From positions 57,208-74,914 of the forward strand of contig JBDZWC010000002.1 in the NCBI GenBank assembly GCA_040256005.1: 17,707 bases of DNA, written 5' to 3'. Within the stretch, counting starts at the first letter, position 1; each line of letters begins with the position of its first letter. The notes below the pieces were generated by a model. That model saw only the letters and a list, made by a program, of their open reading frames with translations. It searched no databases and was not told the origin of the DNA. Below are positions 15,688 to 17,707 of the stretch, piece after piece. This DNA is from Deinococcaceae bacterium. Lineage in GTDB: Bacteria; Deinococcota; Deinococci; Deinococcales; Trueperaceae. The translations under genes and the position numbers were made by a program.

Positions 15688-16898
15688 GTCCTGGCGCCCT
15701 CCTGTTGGGCCGCGACGCGGCCGCGCGCGGGCCCGAAGGCCTTGCCCGCCGCCAGCCGTGGGCTCCTGGCGCCGCGCTTGGCGGAGACGAGGCCAGCGTA
15801 GAGCTGCTCGAGCCGAGCGGCGCTCAAGGCCACGTCGTGGCTGCGACCGTAGGCGCGGCCCCTCGTGCTCGCCGCCGCCAGCGCCTCCGGGTCCTCGAGC
15901 AAGGAGACGATGGCGCCGGCCTGCGCTCGAGGGTCGCCGGGCCGCACCACGGCACCGGCCCCAGCCTCGCGGACCAGCGATGGTACGGCGCTGCTCTGGT
16001 AGTCCCAGGCGAACACCGGGGCTCCCGACGCGAGCGCCTCCAAGGTCGCGATGCTCTGGAGCTCGGCCGGTGACGGCATGAGGAACGCTTCGGTGCGCGC
16101 CAGGAGCTCGAGCTTCTCGGCCTCGCCGACGAAGCCTGCCAGGGTGACGCGATGCTGCAGGCCGCGCCGGGCGATGGCCGCCTCCATCTCGCCGGCCAGG
16201 GGACCATGGCCCGCGATCGTCAGGTGATAGTGCTCGGGTAGCTCGTGCATGAGCGGCAAGAGGTCTAGCGGCCTCTTCTCCGGCGACAGGCGCCCCACGA
16301 ACGCGAGCCGCCTGACGCCCGTCTCGCGTGCCTCGGCCGCTGCGGTCGACCGCCGGATGCCGGCCAGGTCTATGCCGTTGGACACCGGCACCGGCTCCCT
16401 GTCCGTGAACGGCGTCACCAGCCTCGCCGCGTAGGGAGTCGGGGTCACCAGCAGGTCGGCGAGGCCGAACAGGTAGCGGTACCAGGTCGTGAGGAGCCGG
16501 GCCACGACGGGCCCCACGAGCGGAGCGTGGAGCGTGGATGTCTCGAGTTGGGTGTGGACGCCCATCACGACGGGCACGCGGCGGCGCCTGGCCAGATGGG
16601 CGGTGACGGCTGTGAGCGCCGCCGGCGTGTTGGCGTGCACGACATCGGCCCAGGCCACGTGGCGCGCGATGCGGCTGACGATGGGGTGGGCGAAACGGGT
16701 CTGCGTGGCTCCCAGGCGCCATGACGGCAGCCGGTCGACGCGGACGCCGTGAGGCGCCTGGGTGGGCCGCGGCTCGGCGCCGGCGAGCACCCTGATCTCG
16801 TGCCCGAGTCGCGCCAACGCGGCGACGTGCCCCTCGGTGGACCGCGCCTGGCCACCGAAGCCCGGGTAGACGTCATCGGCAACGAACAGGATCTTCAA
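15684..16898 (-). CDS. GT4 family glycosyltransferase, resembling diacylglycerol alpha-glucosyltransferases
   Basis: MKILFVADDVYPGFGG, DVVHANTP, PVVMGVHT, VSNGID, FVGRLSPEK, GHGPL and the E-x7-E motif SPAELQSIATLEALASGAPV; TTG start. Confidence 0.9.
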   Translation of the reverse strand: MKILFVADDVYPGFGGQARSTEGHVAALARLGHEIRVLAGAEPRPTQAPHGVRVDRLPSWRLGATQTRFAHPIVSRIARHVAWADVVHANTPAALTAVTAHLARRRRVPVVMGVHTQLETSTLHAPLVGPVVARLLTTWYRYLFGLADLLVTPTPYAARLVTPFTDREPVPVSNGIDLAGIRRSTAAAEARETGVRRLAFVGRLSPEKRPLDLLPLMHELPEHYHLTIAGHGPLAGEMEAAIARRGLQHRVTLAGFVGEAEKLELLARTEAFLMPSPAELQSIATLEALASGAPVFAWDYQSSAVPSLVREAGAGAVVRPGDPRAQAGAIVSLLEDPEALAAASTRGRAYGRSHDVALSAARLEQLYAGLVSAKRGARSPRLAAGKAFGPARGRVAAQQEGART

Positions 16899-17034
16899 CG
16901 CTTCAGCCTTCCGCCCGCCGGCATGCGTACGAGCGTCGCCCGTCTCTCATGGTCCGGCCACCGGAACGTAACACGGCTCCGTTAGCGCCGGGCGAGAGCG
17001 ACGAACCCTACTCGGGAGCGGCGTTCCCCACGGT

Positions 17035-17040
17035 TACACT
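17035..17040 (+). promoter_or_regulatory. Putative -10 box (TACACT) of a leaderless ABC permease transcript
   Basis: TACACT ends 6 nt before GTG 17047; no Shine-Dalgarno present. Confidence 0.55.
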
Positions 17041-17046
17041 GGCCCG

Positions 17047-17707
17047 GTGAGCACCCTCACGCGCCTGGCGTGGCGCAACCTGCTGCGACACCCATGGCGC
17101 TCCCTGGCCACGGCGTTGGGCATCGGCCTCGGCATCGCGGCCGTGCTGACCACGTTGTCGGTCGGCGACAACGTAGAAGCGAACCTCAGGTCCACCCTAA
17201 AGGCCGCCGCCGGCAAGGCCGACCTGGTCATCACGCCCGGGCCGTCCGGTCGCATCGTCTTCGAGTCGGCGCCCGTCCTGGCGGCGGTGCGGGCCCAGCC
17301 GGGCGTCGAGGCCGCGTACCCGGTGCTGAACACCAGGGCCGAGCCGTTACGCGAGGTCGAGGAGTTCGAGCGGTCGCCCATCCCCGGTGTGGACAGCGGC
17401 TTCCAGATCCAGGGCCGGCTCACGGAGTTCCCGGCCGACCTGCCGGCCGAGGCGAACGCCGGCACGCTGCCCACGGCCGGCTCGAACGGCATCGCCATCG
17501 CCGACGGCTTCGCCCAGGCGCGCGGCATCGGGGTAGGCGACGTGGTGCCGTTCACGACGGCGGGCGGCCTGGCCCAGCTGACGGTGACCGGCCTGCTCGA
17601 CGACGGCGTCGGCGTCGCCAGCACCAACGGCGGCCGCGTCGGCGACATGCACCTCTCCGACCACGAGCGGCTCGAACTGGCGGGCAGCCAGGACTATCGC
17701 TGGCGGC
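17047..17707 (+). CDS. MacB/FtsX-type ABC transporter permease, N-terminal part (runs off the window)
   Basis: Hand translation is open to the window end: MSTLTRLAWRNLLRHPWRSLATALGIGLGIAAVLTTLSVGDN...AQPGVEAAYPV...GIGVGDVV...LTVTGLL, a typical first TM helix plus periplasmic core. Absent from the ORF track because there is no stop in the window. Confidence 0.88.
   Translation, partial: MSTLTRLAWRNLLRHPWRSLATALGIGLGIAAVLTTLSVGDNVEANLRSTLKAAAGKADLVITPGPSGRIVFESAPVLAAVRAQPGVEAAYPVLNTRAEPLREVEEFERSPIPGVDSGFQIQGRLTEFPADLPAEANAGTLPTAGSNGIAIADGFAQARGIGVGDVVPFTTAGGLAQLTVTGLLDDGVGVASTNGGRVGDMHLSDHERLELAGSQDYRWR

Noticed and set aside
13816..16722. 968-aa ORF as one protein
   Set aside because: The first 345 or so codons are an off-frame overlap of the GT4 gene with Arg/Pro-rich nonsense; the real start is GTG 15687 with an RBS.
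17004..17011. GTAGGGTT shared upstream of both lipid operons (+ 7464-7471 and - 17004-17011) as a co-regulation motif
   Set aside because: It is only an 8-mer resembling a generic -10 box, and the flanks do not align.
17660..17707. Possible chimeric junction at the window end (HERLELAGSQDYRWR looks atypical for the permease)
   Set aside because: The frame stays open and this cannot be judged without homologues or reads.

Overview
GC-rich bacterial chromosomal window, almost certainly Deinococcota: EF-P begins MISVTDLR and carries the Thermus-type HQKxGR32GG loop, and several genes look leaderless. A Truepera-like organism is a guess. The left part (1-7219) is housekeeping: comF, a minus-strand operon efp-accB-accC-Asp23/YqhY-nusB-folD-DUF212, a conserved 'quinate 5-dehydrogenase'-annotated hypothetical and a small GNAT. 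The right part (7553-16898) is the notable region, an eight-gene lipid cluster in two convergent operons, most of whose genes overlap at start/stop codons. The + operon encodes a serine palmitoyltransferase-type alpha-oxoamine synthase (GTFSKS), a YghO/bCerS-type GNAT (bacterial ceramide synthase family), a CPBP intramembrane protease-like protein, an OleD/3-beta-HSD-like extended SDR, a GT28 MGDG/UgtP-type lipid glycosyltransferase and an LPG_synthase_TM flippase-like protein. The - operon encodes a GT4 lipid glycosyltransferase and a two-domain extended-SDR/classical-SDR fusion. Together these read as a candidate glycosphingolipid (glycosyl-ceramide) pathway in a phylum where I do not know of described sphingolipids. 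The window ends inside a MacB/FtsX-type ABC permease missing from the ORF track. All calls are from motif recognition by eye; no searches were run.
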